Shown: positions 8,495-19,969 of the stretch, one piece after another
How the letters are laid out: the number at the start of each line of letters is the position of its first letter
Numbering within the stretch: position 1 is the stretch's first letter
Assembly: GCF_004010195.1 (NCBI RefSeq)
Contig: NC_057759.1
Coordinates: 3,440,545 to 3,460,544, forward strand
Direction: 5' to 3'
From: Chiloscyllium plagiosum
Lineage: Eukaryota
Length of the DNA stretch: 20,000 nucleotides
Position numbers and translations under genes: made by a program
The notes under the pieces: generated by a model
Seen by the model: the letters and a program-made list of their open reading frames with translations, nothing else
What the model was told of the DNA's origin: nothing
Databases searched by the model: none

Positions 8495-9199
8495 CAGAAG
8501 TGTGCACTGGAACAGGCCCTTCATGTTCATGCTGATTCTAGCAGATCCTGAATACTGTTTTGTCAAATGCTTCGCAATTGAAGCTTTCATTTTGATTTTT
8601 TTTCCCTGAGGCTGACTGGCCTATAGTTCATAATTTTATATCTACCACCCTTTTCGATTGGATTGCTTACACGAGCTAGCCCCCAATCTGTGTAAATTAT
8701 TGCAGAGCTTGTAGAATCTTGGAACATGACCATCACTGCATCCAGTATTACTCAGCCCATTACATCTGGGACGTAGATGATCAAGGCCTGGTGTTTCCCA
8801 ACCTTCAATCCTATCCACTGTCCCAACATCATTTCCCAAATAATACTGATTTTGTTCAGTTCTTCCCTTTCACTAAACTCTCCAATACCACTACTGTGTT
8901 AGTTGTGTGAATATTTGTGAACAGAGAACAATAGTATGTTTGCGATTTTTGAGACATTTTCATTCCCCATTTTGAACTCCCCTCTTTAATGTTGTAAGTG
9001 GCATGTGGTCCTCTTTGTCAACATATTTATGTTCATTTCTCTCTTTACACATTTATTAGTATTTTAGCAGTTTTTTAAATGGTTTCCACAACATTACTCT
9101 TTTCTTCATTTGTTCTTTGTTAGTTAAATCCCTTTTAGCAGTCATTTGTTAAATCTGGATCTGTTTGCAGCCTTCCCGTCTCACTATATTCCCAAATTG
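8495..9199 (-). mobile_element. Highly decayed CR1 LINE fragments
   Basis: Reverse complement of ~8607-8629 gives AACTATAGGCCAGTCAGCCTC (NYRPVSL, start of CR1 RT); the rest is too decayed for firm boundaries. Confidence 0.5.
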
Positions 9200-9699
9200 N
9201 NNNNNNNNNNNNNNNNNNNNNNNNNNNNNNNNNNNNNNNNNNNNNNNNNNNNNNNNNNNNNNNNNNNNNNNNNNNNNNNNNNNNNNNNNNNNNNNNNNNN
9301 NNNNNNNNNNNNNNNNNNNNNNNNNNNNNNNNNNNNNNNNNNNNNNNNNNNNNNNNNNNNNNNNNNNNNNNNNNNNNNNNNNNNNNNNNNNNNNNNNNNN
9401 NNNNNNNNNNNNNNNNNNNNNNNNNNNNNNNNNNNNNNNNNNNNNNNNNNNNNNNNNNNNNNNNNNNNNNNNNNNNNNNNNNNNNNNNNNNNNNNNNNNN
9501 NNNNNNNNNNNNNNNNNNNNNNNNNNNNNNNNNNNNNNNNNNNNNNNNNNNNNNNNNNNNNNNNNNNNNNNNNNNNNNNNNNNNNNNNNNNNNNNNNNNN
9601 NNNNNNNNNNNNNNNNNNNNNNNNNNNNNNNNNNNNNNNNNNNNNNNNNNNNNNNNNNNNNNNNNNNNNNNNNNNNNNNNNNNNNNNNNNNNNNNNNNN
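9200..9699. other. Assembly gap (500 N)
   Basis: Run of N. Confidence 1.
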
Positions 9700-10769
9700 C
9701 TTCTTTGAGGAGGTGACCAAACAGGTGGATGAGAATAGAGCGGTTGATGTGATGTATTTGGATTTCAGTAAGGCGTTTGACAGTGTTCCCCAAGGTAGGC
9801 TATTACACAAAATATGGAGTCATGTGACTGTGGGTAATTTAGCGGTTCTGATCAAAAGTTGGCTTGCTGAAAGAAGACAGAGGGTGGTGGCTGATGGGCA
9901 ATGTTCATCCTGGAGTTCAGTTACGAGTGTGGTACCGGAAGGATCTGTTTTCGGGCCACTGCTGTTTGTCGTTTTTATAAATGACCTGGACGAGGGTGCA
10001 GAAGGATAGAGTAGTAAAGTTGCGGATGATAGTCGGGTCATTGGAGCTGTGGACAGTGCCGAAGAATGCTGTAGTTTACAAACGTACATTGATAAGCTGC
10101 AGAGATGGGCCAAGAGTTGGCAGATGGAGTTTAATGTGGAAAACTTGGAGGTGATTCACTTTGGAAGGAGGAACAGGAATAAAGAGTACTGGGATAATGG
10201 TAAGATTCTTGGCAGTGTAGTTGAGCAGAGAGATCTCGATATTCATGTACACAGATCGCTGAAAGTAAACACCGAGTTGATAGGTTGTTAAGAGGCCATA
10301 TGGTGTATTAGGTTTTATTGGCACGGGGATTGAGTTTCGAAACCATGTGGTCATGTTAAAGCTGCACAAAAGTCTGGTGCGGCTACACGTAGTAATTTGC
10401 CTATAGTTTGGGTTGCTGCATTATACAAGGATGTGGAAGCTTTGCAAAGGGTTTAGTGGTGAATTGCTAGAATGTTGACTGGTATGGATTGAAGGTCGTA
10501 TGAGGAAAAGCTGAGGGATATGAAGCTGTTTTCATTCGAGAGAATTAATTGGGACATATAAGAAAATCAGAGGATTAGATAGGGTGTTCACTGAGAGCCG
10601 TTCCCTCGAATGGTGTTGGCTAGTACGAGGGGACATAGCTTTAAGTTCAGGGAATATAGTTATATAACAAATGTCAGAGGTATTTGCTTTAGTCAGAGAG
10701 TAGTAGGAGCAACACTTGAAGGCCAAAGGGGCTGCACTGTTCTATAATGTTCTTTGTTCTCTGTTCTAA
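9700..10769 (+). mobile_element. CR1/HER1 LINE, RT domain to 3' tail (pseudogenised)
   Basis: [70 protein letters not shown]; ends in TGTTCT-type tail repeats near 10738-10769. Confidence 0.93.
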
Positions 10770-10770
10770 C

Positions 10771-11095
10771 TACCTCCCTTTTAACTGGATCCTGGATTCC
10801 TGACTGGGAGACCGCAGACATTCTAAATTGACAACAACATCTCCAACACCATCATCCTGAGCACTGGGGCTGCCCAGGGCTATGTGCTCAGTTCACTGCT
10901 GTTCACCCTGCTGAAACTCAACTGTACAACGATGATACGGCTGTAGTGGGTCCCATTAGCAGAAACGACGAGACAGCATTCAGAGAGGAGATGCAGCGTT
11001 TACCAGACTTGTGCAGGGCAAATAACCTTTCTCTGAAGGTGGACAAGACAAAGGAGATAGTTGCTGACTTCATGCTAGCATGGAGTGATCACTGT
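10771..11095 (+). mobile_element. Rex1/Babar-type LINE RT fragment (copy 1)
   Basis: NWILD.LTGRPQT..IDNNISNTIILSTGAAQGYVLSSLLFTLL, then DDTAVVGPISRNDETAFREEMQRL..LCRANNLSLKVDKTKEIVADF. Confidence 0.8.
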
Positions 11096-11428
11096 ATTGA
11101 CAATTTTAAAAGCCAATGATACAATCTGACGTTTTAGGGGTATAAGACCAGGGAAAATTGAACAATTGAGAGGAGGACTGCAAGCCCAACATGTAAACAG
11201 ACTGTTTGCAAAGCGTACTTCTCAATCAGTAACCTGTGACGTAGAAATCCCTAAGAAGAAGAAATTAAGACACAGGAAGGTCCAAATAGAAGAACCAAAA
11301 GCTGCCTGGTTTTGCGATTAGGTGTGTTGTTTTGTAAATCTTAAATGGAAGTTTTATGGGACTAGTGTGATGGAAGGGGAGGTAAAATAGAGGTTAGAAT
11401 AAGGACTTGTACATAATTGTTAAAATTA

Positions 11429-11888
11429 GCTTTTATTGGTACGGGGATTGAGTTTCGAAACCATGTGGTCATGTTAAAGCTGCACAAAATTCTGGTGCGG
11501 CCAAACGTAGTAATTTGTCTATAAATTTGGGTTGCTGCATTATACAAGGATGTGGAAGCTTTGCAAAGGATTTAGTGGTGATTTACTAGAATGTTGACTG
11601 GTATGGATTGAAGGTCGTATGAGGAAAAGCTGAGGGATATGAAGCTGTTTTCATTCGAGAGAATGAATTGGGACATATAAGAAAATCAGAGGATTAGATA
11701 GGGTGTTCACTGAGAGCCATTCCCTCGCATGGTGTTGGCTAGTACGAGGGGACATAGCTTTAAGTTCAGGGAATATAGTTATATGACAAATGTCAGAGGT
11801 ATTTGCTTTAGTCAGAGAGTAGTAGGAGCAACACTTGAAGGCCAAAGGGGCTGCACTGTTCTATAATGTTCTTTGTTCTCTGTTCTAA
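11429..11888 (+). mobile_element. CR1 3' fragment (duplicated copy)
   Basis: Duplicate of 10311-10769. Confidence 0.85.
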
Positions 11889-11889
11889 C

Positions 11890-12214
11890 TACCTCCCTTT
11901 TAACTGGATCCTGGATTCCTGACTGGGAGACCGCAGACATTCTAAATTGACAACAATATCTCCAACACCATCATCCTGAGCACTGGGGCTGCCCAGGGCT
12001 ATGTGCTCAGTTGACTGTTGTTCACCCTGCTGAAACTCAACTGTACAACGATGACACAGCTGTAATGGGTCCCATCAGCAGAAACGACGTGACAGCATTC
12101 AGAGAGGAGATGCAGCGTTTAACAGACTTGTGCAGGGCAAATAACCTTTCTCTGAAGGTGGACAAGACAAAGGAGATAGTTGCTGACTTCATGCTAGCAT
12201 GGAGCGATCACTGT
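11890..12214 (+). mobile_element. Rex1/Babar-type LINE RT fragment (copy 2)
   Basis: ORF 12011..12238 DDTAVMGPISRNDVTAFREEMQRLTDLCRANNLSLKVDKTKEIVADF; duplicate of 10771-11095. Confidence 0.8.
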
Positions 12215-13180
12215 ATTGACAATTTTAAAAGCCAATGATACAATCTGACGTTTTAGGGGTATAAGACCAGGGAAAATTGAACAATTGAGAGGAGGACTGC
12301 AAGCCAAACATGTAAACAGACTGTTTGCAAAAGGTTGTTTTGAAAGGTACTTCTCAATCAGTACCTGTGACGTAGAAATCCCTAAGAAGAAGAAATTAAG
12401 ACACAGGAAGATCCAAATTGAAGAACCAAAAGCTGCCTGGTTTTGCGATTAGATGTGTTGTTTTGTAAATCTTAATTGGAAGTTTTATGGGACTAGTGTG
12501 ATGGAAGGGGAGGTAAAATAGAGGTTAGAGTAAGGACTTGTACATAATTGTTAAAATTATTCTCTATTATACCATAGGAAATAAAGTTGTTAATTTTTAC
12601 TTGAAGTAGTTCTTGGTCACTCGAATTTTTACAGATTACAGCATGGGATAAATCTGATCTGTGTCGCTGGCTTTAAATTAAGCGTGTCGTGATAGTTGGG
12701 GACTTGGATCCGTAATCTGAACTAGTTTGAATATATTTGCGGTACAAAAAAATCTCAGCAGATTTAACTACTTGCACGTGAGCGTCTGAGATCTTTAAAT
12801 GAAACATAGGTGAGACAACTGGTTTAATTTCGGGGACTTGATTAAATTAGAAGTGAGAGATATGACCTTTAAAATTGCTAGATACGTTCTGGGATTTGAA
12901 GATAATTCTCAAATTTGCCAAAACGTGTTTAAAGAAAGGAAAAAAAGCCATACTTTCAGAATTAGCAAATAAGTTAGGTTTTGGGTTTGATCAAGAACAA
13001 TAACAAAGCTGAAATTGTAAAGGACATAGTCAAACACTTAAGTGTGTCGGAGAAACAGGCACGGACTGGTGGAGAAACTTAAATTACAATTTAAGAAAAT
13101 GGAGTTAGAAGAGAAACAAAGAGAGAGAGAGGAAATAGAGAAGGAAAGAGAAAGAGACAGAGAGAAGAGAGAGACAGGAA
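12215..13180 (+). mobile_element. Gypsy LTR retrotransposon relic: partial LTR, degenerate PBS, gag N-terminus (partial LTR also at 11096-11428)
   Basis: CCAAT 12232, TATAA 12260, AATAAA 12580; LTR end ..GTCGTGATA ~12694; TGGGGACTTGGATCCG resembling a tRNA-Pro PBS; ATG 12862 then frameshifted MTFKIA..ELANKLG..KAEIVKDIVKHL..EKLKLQFKKMELEEKQRERE coiled coil. Confidence 0.65.
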
Positions 13181-13182
13181 AC

Positions 13183-16100
13183 CGAGTCTGAGAGAATTTT
13201 AGAGGGTGACGCCCATAAGGATGTAGCTTAATTGGCACAGTGTTTCAGATATCTACATCTTCCACAATTACAATTAGCTCTTCCCAGCCTATTCCCATAT
13301 ATCTGCCAAAGTGATTTTCGTCTAGATGTTTATTGAACAATTTATTCCAAATTCTCATTGCTTCCTCGTTGTCCAATTTAATTTGAGCAATATCAAATTC
13401 AGAATTATCTCTATGATTATATGACTATCTGGATGCGATTCTTCACTTGAACCTGTAGTAAGTACTACATTGTCCTTTTGATTTCCACCCCAAGCAAAAT
13501 ACTGCTTGAGCGTATTAACATGACACACTCTCTCAGTTTTCGGTCGTTCTGGTGTTCTAGTCAAATAATTGAAATCAATGAAATTCTTTTCTTCGGTTTG
13601 AGCAGTCCTTCACTTCTAAAGATGTATATCCTATACGGAATGATACCGACAATGTATCCTCAACTTGCTACACTACTACTTTTTGAACGCTTTTCTGCTT
13701 CCCCTTTCATCATTCGGTTTGCTATTTTTAAATGCTGTTTTGCTAACTTACCGACACTATTTAGCGTCTCCATAAAATGCGACACCAAGTCTAATAACGT
13801 AGTCTCTGAACTCTGACTCACTAATTTTTCGTCATTTGGTTTATGTGGTCCTTTCACCTGATGTCTAAAAAACACTAAGTCCGTTGGACTGAATTTATTT
13901 GATTCAATATGTGCGTCCCTGTTTTCAGTAAGTATATTTGAATTTCTTTATCCCAAGCACTTGGCTACTCTTGTCTGTTGCCCGTCTATATGTGCTTTAA
14001 TTTTGCTGCCACTGTTCTATTGCTCCTTGTGATTCTGCAGTTAATTTCAATTATTTAATTCTTAAGCTATCCATAATAACCCTGAATCAGTTTATGGAAT
14101 AATATGACCCTTGATTCATTTGTATCTCTGTGGGGAATCGTCACACAGGAACGATAGAAATATGTTACTTTTTGACAATCGTTTTAGCTGTGGTATTGTG
14201 TGAAAAGCAAAGCCTATGGAAATGTAGTGGTCATATCTTTTATCGTTAATAACTGTTGATTCACATTTTTTCTGTTTTAAGGAAGGGTGCTAAACAATCA
14301 ACAATAACTCTTTCAAAAGGTTCCTCAACTGCTGGGATCAGTATTAAGCGTATTCGTTTTATCAGTGTCGGAGTTTTTCCTATTATTTGACATCTGTGAT
14401 GTGTTCATCAAAATTCAAACACGCCGTTATGCAGTCCAAGCAACTAAATCGTTTTGTATCTTGAATACAGATTTTCATACTCTGAACTAATGTCCTATTA
14501 GTAACCCATGCTGTACCAGCAATACCCCCTTTGTATAACTTCGGCGGGTCGGTGTGGACTTGTTGGGCCGAAGGGCCTGTTTCTACACTGTAATGTAATC
14601 TAATCTAATCTAATCTTTCCATCTTTCTGTTGTAATTCATCTGCCTTTTCTGAGCTATATTGCCCAATCTGGCTTTCGCTTGTTCTTCCGTCTTCTTCTC
14701 ACTCACTTGATCAAAAAAGATCATGGAACTTCACCTTCCCAATTTTGTTCTTTGAAATTCCTTCCTGTTTTAACCCAAGGCTTTCTGACCTTTTCCCACA
14801 CAGGCAGGAAAACGCCGTGGAATTACTTCCTATAACACTTGTACAGGTTTTTCAATCACAGTAGTCATCACTCCTACTTAGAAACAGCTACTGGTATATC
14901 ATTGATAAGGATAAACTGTATTTCTGGAACAGAGAATTCCACAACTTTGCTACTGTCACTTCACTACTTTTCACCTAAATCTTCTTAACTCACCTTATGT
15001 AATGGAACACTGCTCTTCTCACCATAATTCTGCGTATTATCACCTTTTTCTGCCAATAATCTTCTGCATTACGATATCTCGTAGTCTCTCGCCATTAAAG
15101 GTTCCTTTACTCCATATCCGCTTGAATCATAATTTATTTAATTGTTTCCTGATACACATGATTAAAACTTACCCATACAAATCCATTCTTGAAGAGATCC
15201 AGCAGTTTGTTACTAAATAACCTCTGAACAGAGTTTTTACTTTCCTTGCACTTCGTTTGCAGGTTTTTTACTTTCCTTGCGCTTTCTCTTCCCACTTTAA
15301 AAAACCTCACTATCTTATTCTGTTTAAACACTCCAGTTCTTCCAGTGGCTTTTTAAAACCACGAAAACTGTGATGCATGGTTCAACTGTATTACAGAGAA
15401 AATACCTGTGATTTGTTTTTTCCAGGTGTAATACACGCGTCTATTTCTTTTTAAACCTGTGGTAAACTCTTCTTTGTACCTTTATAGATATTTCCTTTTC
15501 CTTTACCATTTGAGTTTCTTGTTTTTTTTTATCCCAATTTCTGTCCATGACTGACTGAAATTCATGTCGGAGGTCAAACTTTAAGAAATGAACATCTCAT
15601 TACCATTTGCAATCTCTGTCGAGAAACTTGCTGTCGTAATCCTCTGCATTTCCACAAGAGTTCTCACTGGTTAAGGGAATGAATATTTGAACATGTCCAG
15701 TGTAACAGTCTCGCTAAGTGGGTCATGCAATCTGAATTATTTTCAATGTTTTTATCCAGCTTTCAAAGTTACATTGTTTGAACTTTCCAAATTGTAGGTA
15801 TGTCAGAGCAGATTCCTTCTTTAGGTTCCAAAGACATTGCCTGTATGCTTCTGGAACGAATTTATAAACGCATAAAATCGTTTTTTTTTTGCTTTAACCT
15901 CATCATGCTCCATAGCTACTTGCTGCGACAGTGAAGCAACGACCTCATTTGCAATACCTCCTAAATTATGGTTGAATTAACAATATCCAAGTATTCAGTG
16001 GACATGTGATTTATCAAGCCATTTTCTCAAACTAACTGAAAAAACACACTTCCCTCTCTTCGAACTTGATAACACTTCGTGTGTATTTAACCAGATCCCA

Positions 16101-17115
16101 TGCAGGCCTTTGGTTACGATACTTTTCCTGTTAATCGCTGCCCTCATCATTACTCCCAACATCAAATTTTACCTAGCTCTTTGCTAAGTCGGTTTTGACT
16201 TTCCAGTCTGTCTTTCTCAATTTCTTCTTCTAACTTTATCTGTTTGTTTCTCTCTTTTTATGTTTGGGCTATTCATTCTTTTGCTTTTCCCTTGCTATCA
16301 TCTGGAATTTAAGTGGTTTCATTTGCGGTTGAATTGTAACTATTTCTATTAACTCTGCATGCATTTCTGGCAATTTTAAACGCTAATCTGTTACAACAAT
16401 AACCTCCTCTTTCCATGTGAAGACAAGCAACTCCATCTCCAGCTTGTTTGCCAATTTTAAAAAGTCTGCCTTCATCACGTTTGGTAGGTAAGCCGGCGTT
16501 TCCGCAAACTTTGTCAAGGCACTCATCATGTAAATCAGCCGAAATCTACGCAAGAATAGAGAATTCCAACCCGGACCACTAAAATTCTTTAAATCTATAA
16601 GTTCAAACTCCAATATTGAATTAGAGACTTTGATTCCAGACCAGATTCCCCATTAGTTATAGACCGGACTAAAACTCAAAACCCCCAAATTGTTTTCATT
16701 ACATAACCGAGACTAACTTTTACATTTATTTCAAGGTAGTAGCTTCCAGTAATGATTCAACCAGTCTACGACTAAATAAAAACACATTCTATGCTTAGTG
16801 CACAGTTAATATACCAAAAAAAGACACAACTTTAAATCTGTTAAAGTACTTAACAATGTAATGCATTTTTAACACCTAATTATCAACTGTTCCAGTATAG
16901 ACAGTGTCCATCAAACACATCCTTTGGCAAAAATCCAACTCAGCAAGGCATTTTAGTTTTCCTTGAGTCCTTCATAGTCTGGAGGAAAGAAACAATCTGA
17001 TCCTTTTGATATTTAAGAGGAAGTCCCACTATCTAAGGTTTCACTCTCACAGCCAGAAAGTCACACCTTTGCTTCAGAAGTGAGCAGAAAACTCGCACTA
17101 ACAGGAAGCAAAAAT
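13183..17115 (-). mobile_element. Gmr1-like Gypsy LTR retrotransposon relic (LTR-PBS-gag-PR-IN-start of RT)
   Basis: On - strand: LTR ~17115-16656 with AATAAA (16730-16725); PBS-like TGGGGAATCTGGTCTGGAAT 16652-16633; gag KADFLKLANKLE; protease LRDIV (~15084-15070) and VPLHKV (~15000); integrase IPAVEEPFERVIVDCL (~14338-14291) and VCHVNTLKQY (~13520); then DVDI*NTVPIKLHPY, the pre-RT motif (~13260-13215). Confidence 0.8.
14539..14616 (+). mobile_element. 5'-truncated HE1 SINE tail inserted into the Gypsy relic
   Basis: CTTCGGCGGGTCGGTGTGGACTTGTTGGGCCGAAGGGCCTGTTTCTACACTGTAATG(TAATC)4; same tail type as the 4536-4821 copy. Confidence 0.88.
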
Positions 17116-17117
17116 TG

Positions 17118-17228
17118 AGGATGAAGGGCAAATGGTCGTAATGTCGATTCTCCTGATACTCGGGTGCTGCCTTACCGGCTGTGCTTTTCCACCACCACAC
17201 TCTTCCGGTCTGATCCGGACCATCTGCA
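17118..17228 (+). mobile_element. 3'-end fragment of another Penelope-derived repeat with a decayed hammerhead-like motif
   Basis: GATGA-A-GGGC-AAAT-GGTC-GTAA-TGTC then GATTCTCCTG..GCTGCCT..GCTGTGCTTTTCCA..CATCTGCA; resembles a common shark repeat (from memory). Confidence 0.45.
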
Positions 17229-17450
17229 AACAAAGACACGCACAAGAATTCCTAGAAGCATGGCATTTCAACCGGAACTCTATAAACAAACACATGGAGT
17301 TGAACTCCATCTACCACCCCCTGAGAAAAGGAACAGGAAGTGACTTCACCATAGGAAATAACATCACCACAGGAAATGACACCATAAACCCAAAGAAACC
17401 CAAACATATAACTAGAAAGCAGGAATTCTCAGCATTGCTTCGCCTGAGGC

Positions 17451-17490
17451 CCACTGAAGATGTTACCTAGTAGGGTAATGAAATGTCTGG
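17451..17490 (+). ncRNA. Minimal type I hammerhead ribozyme motif in the 5' pseudo-LTR
   Basis: CCA-CTGAAGA-T-GTTACC(TAGTAG)GGTAAT-GAAATGTC-TGG: stem I CCA/TGG, CUGANGA 17454-17460, stem II 17462-17467/17474-17479, GAAA 17480-17483, GUC site ending 17487. Confidence 0.75.
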
Positions 17491-17559
17491 AAATGAACTT
17501 TGCAGGTCCGCGAGCAAGCCTACATCCAAAACCTCAAACTGAGCGACACATCTTCTCAA

Positions 17560-19870
17560 AACTCACTAAGACCTATGGGCCCAATACGCTAAAACGGCCC
17601 TAAAATGGGAAATGAATGCCATCCAACAGAGGGCACCCGCGAACAGCTGTACTTCCTGCACGAATGCCTCAGGAAACAGGTACTACCTAAATGTTTTCAA
17701 TACGAACCTCCGCTTAACACTCCATTAACCATAAGAATAGCAGAGCAAAACAGCAATAGAATGCTTTGAGAAATGATGAATGAAGCCCACAACAGTCTAC
17801 GTAAATACAACTGGGAAAATTTGCGTCAAAGGTCCTTACTCAGTCATGCAACAGACCATGAATGGATAGATACAGTACAACAAACCATAGATATTATACA
17901 GCGACAAGCACAGAAAATGAAAAAAAAACTAGCCCTGCAGAAAAAAAAAACTAGACAAACTTAAACAAAGAAACAACACTGACAACACAGAAGTATGGAT
18001 AAAAAACTTATCTGACCGACCCTTAACATACACTGAAAAAGCCGTCCTAGTAAGAGGATTAAATTACAGCTGCCAGGATGCGGACAAGATTTCTAAGCAG
18101 CATTAGAAGCAACGCAAAAAGATTCCAACTCACAGAAGAAACCCAGCAAACCATCAGACATTTAGTCGCACCAACATTAAGCAGAAAAAAGGAAGGAAAC
18201 ACACTCAATACACAAGAAAGGAAGGCACTAGAAAGACTAAATTAAAGATCAAAACACTGTTCTCCTACCTGCAGATAAAGGACGCTTGACAGTCATTCTA
18301 AATCGAGGAGACTACATTGAAAAAGCGAACGCACTACTTACAGATACCAACACGTACCAACAAATGGCGATAGACCCGACCCCACAAGTAGAGAACCGAA
18401 TCACAGCCCCACTCAAACAACTTCAGAAATCTGGAGAAATAAATAAGACCAACTTCCAAAAAATGAAACCAGACGGATCAAACACACCACGCTTCTATGG
18501 ATTACCCAAAATAACAAATCAGGAGCCCCCCTCAGACCCATGGTCTCACTACCTGGAACACCAACTTACAGATTAGCCAAGGAGCTACACCAAAGTTTAA
18601 AATACGTAGTAGAAGACACACACCACTCCATCTACTCCACCCAAGAATTCCTGAAGCCCATCAAAGGCGCTTAGATAGAAGAGGATGAAATAATAGTCTC
18701 CTTTGATGTAACAGCCCTGCTTACATCAATCGACATTAATCTGGCCAAGGAAACAGTGACTACACTATTAGAAGATCCAAAGACATATACACCAACACCA
18801 CTAACTTCATCAACAAGGACAGTATCAACAAGCAAGTGGACCTATGCCTTACCACACAGTTCACCTTCAACAACAACGCCTACAGACAAACCTATGGAAC
18901 ACCCATGAGATCTCCGATATCAGAGTTCTTAGCTAAGGCAGTAATGCAGAGAATTGAACAAATGGTTCTGCTAAACATCCAACCCAAACTTTGGGTTCGC
19001 TACGTGGATGATACCTTCGTCATCACTAAACGAAACAAATTAGAGGAAACCTTCAAGACCATCAATGATACCGTTACTGGCATAACATTCACTAAAGAGG
19101 AGGAAAACAACAACAAACGGCCATTCTCAGATGTCACAGTAGAGCAAACAACCAATAGGGAACTTCAAACCAGCATCTACAGTAAAACAACACATACAGA
19201 CCAAATATTGAACTACAGAAACAATCATCCCAACACCCACAAACGAAGTTGCATCAGAACATTATCTCTAGAGCCAACACACACTGCAGCACAGAGGAAC
19301 TACGCAGAGCAGAGGAAAAAAAAACACTTATACCGTGTATTCAAAAAGAATAGATACCCAATGAACACAGTCCACCGATTTCTTAGCAACAATCCCAAAT
19401 AAGAAGACAAAACACATCCAGAAACCCTAGCCACTCTCCCCCTACATCAAAGACATGTCGAAAGTGACTGCCAGACTACTCAGTTCCCTTGGCATCATGG
19501 TAGCCCACAAACCCTCCAACACACCAGAACAGCAGCTAATGAACTTGAAAGACCCAATACGGACAACGAACAAAACTAAAGTCATTTACAAAATACCGTG
19601 CAAGGACTGTAACAAACACTACATTGGATAAACAATCAGAACACTTGCCACCAGGATACATGAACACCAACTAGCCACAAAAAAGACATGACCCTCTCTC
19701 ACTAATATGCTGACATACGGATGAGGAAGTACACCACTTCGACTGGGACAGCACATTCATCCTAGGAAAAGCCAAACAAAGAGACGCACGATAATTTCTA
19801 GAAGCATGGCATTCCAACCGCAGGTCTGTCAACAAACACATCAAGTTAGACCCCATCTACCACCCCCCTG
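17560..19870 (+). pseudogene. Disrupted Penelope RT/GIY-YIG endonuclease ORF
   Basis: WIKNLSDRPLT, PADKGRLTVILNR, PRFYGLPK, SFDVTALLTSI, GTPMRSPIS, RYVDD (YVDD 19001-19012), VIYKIPCKDCNKHYIG*T.R.L..RIHEH (from 19581), FLEAWH. Confidence 0.9.
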
Positions 19871-19969
19871 AGAAAAGGAACAGGAAGTGACTTCTCCACA
19901 GGAAATGACATTACCGACCCAAAAGATAAATAGAAAGCAGAAATCATCAGCAGTGCTTCGCCCAGAGGC

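Larger units (their letters stand above)
10307..12559. repeat. Direct tandem duplication of ~1.12 kb (copy 1 10307-11428, copy 2 11425-12559)
   Basis: Near-identical sequence at offset 1118-1131; duplicated ORFs 10532..10726 and 11651..11845; ATTA at all three boundaries. Confidence 0.95.

Noticed and set aside
9146..10009. Long ORFs spanning 9146-10009
   Set aside because: Artefacts of the 500-N gap; only the CR1 RT part after 9700 is meaningful.
17132..17470. 112-aa ORF with an apparent signal peptide (MVVMSILLILGCCLTGCAFP)
   Set aside because: Chance read-through from a repeat fragment into the duplicated Penelope C-terminus (EFLEAWH); no support as a real gene.
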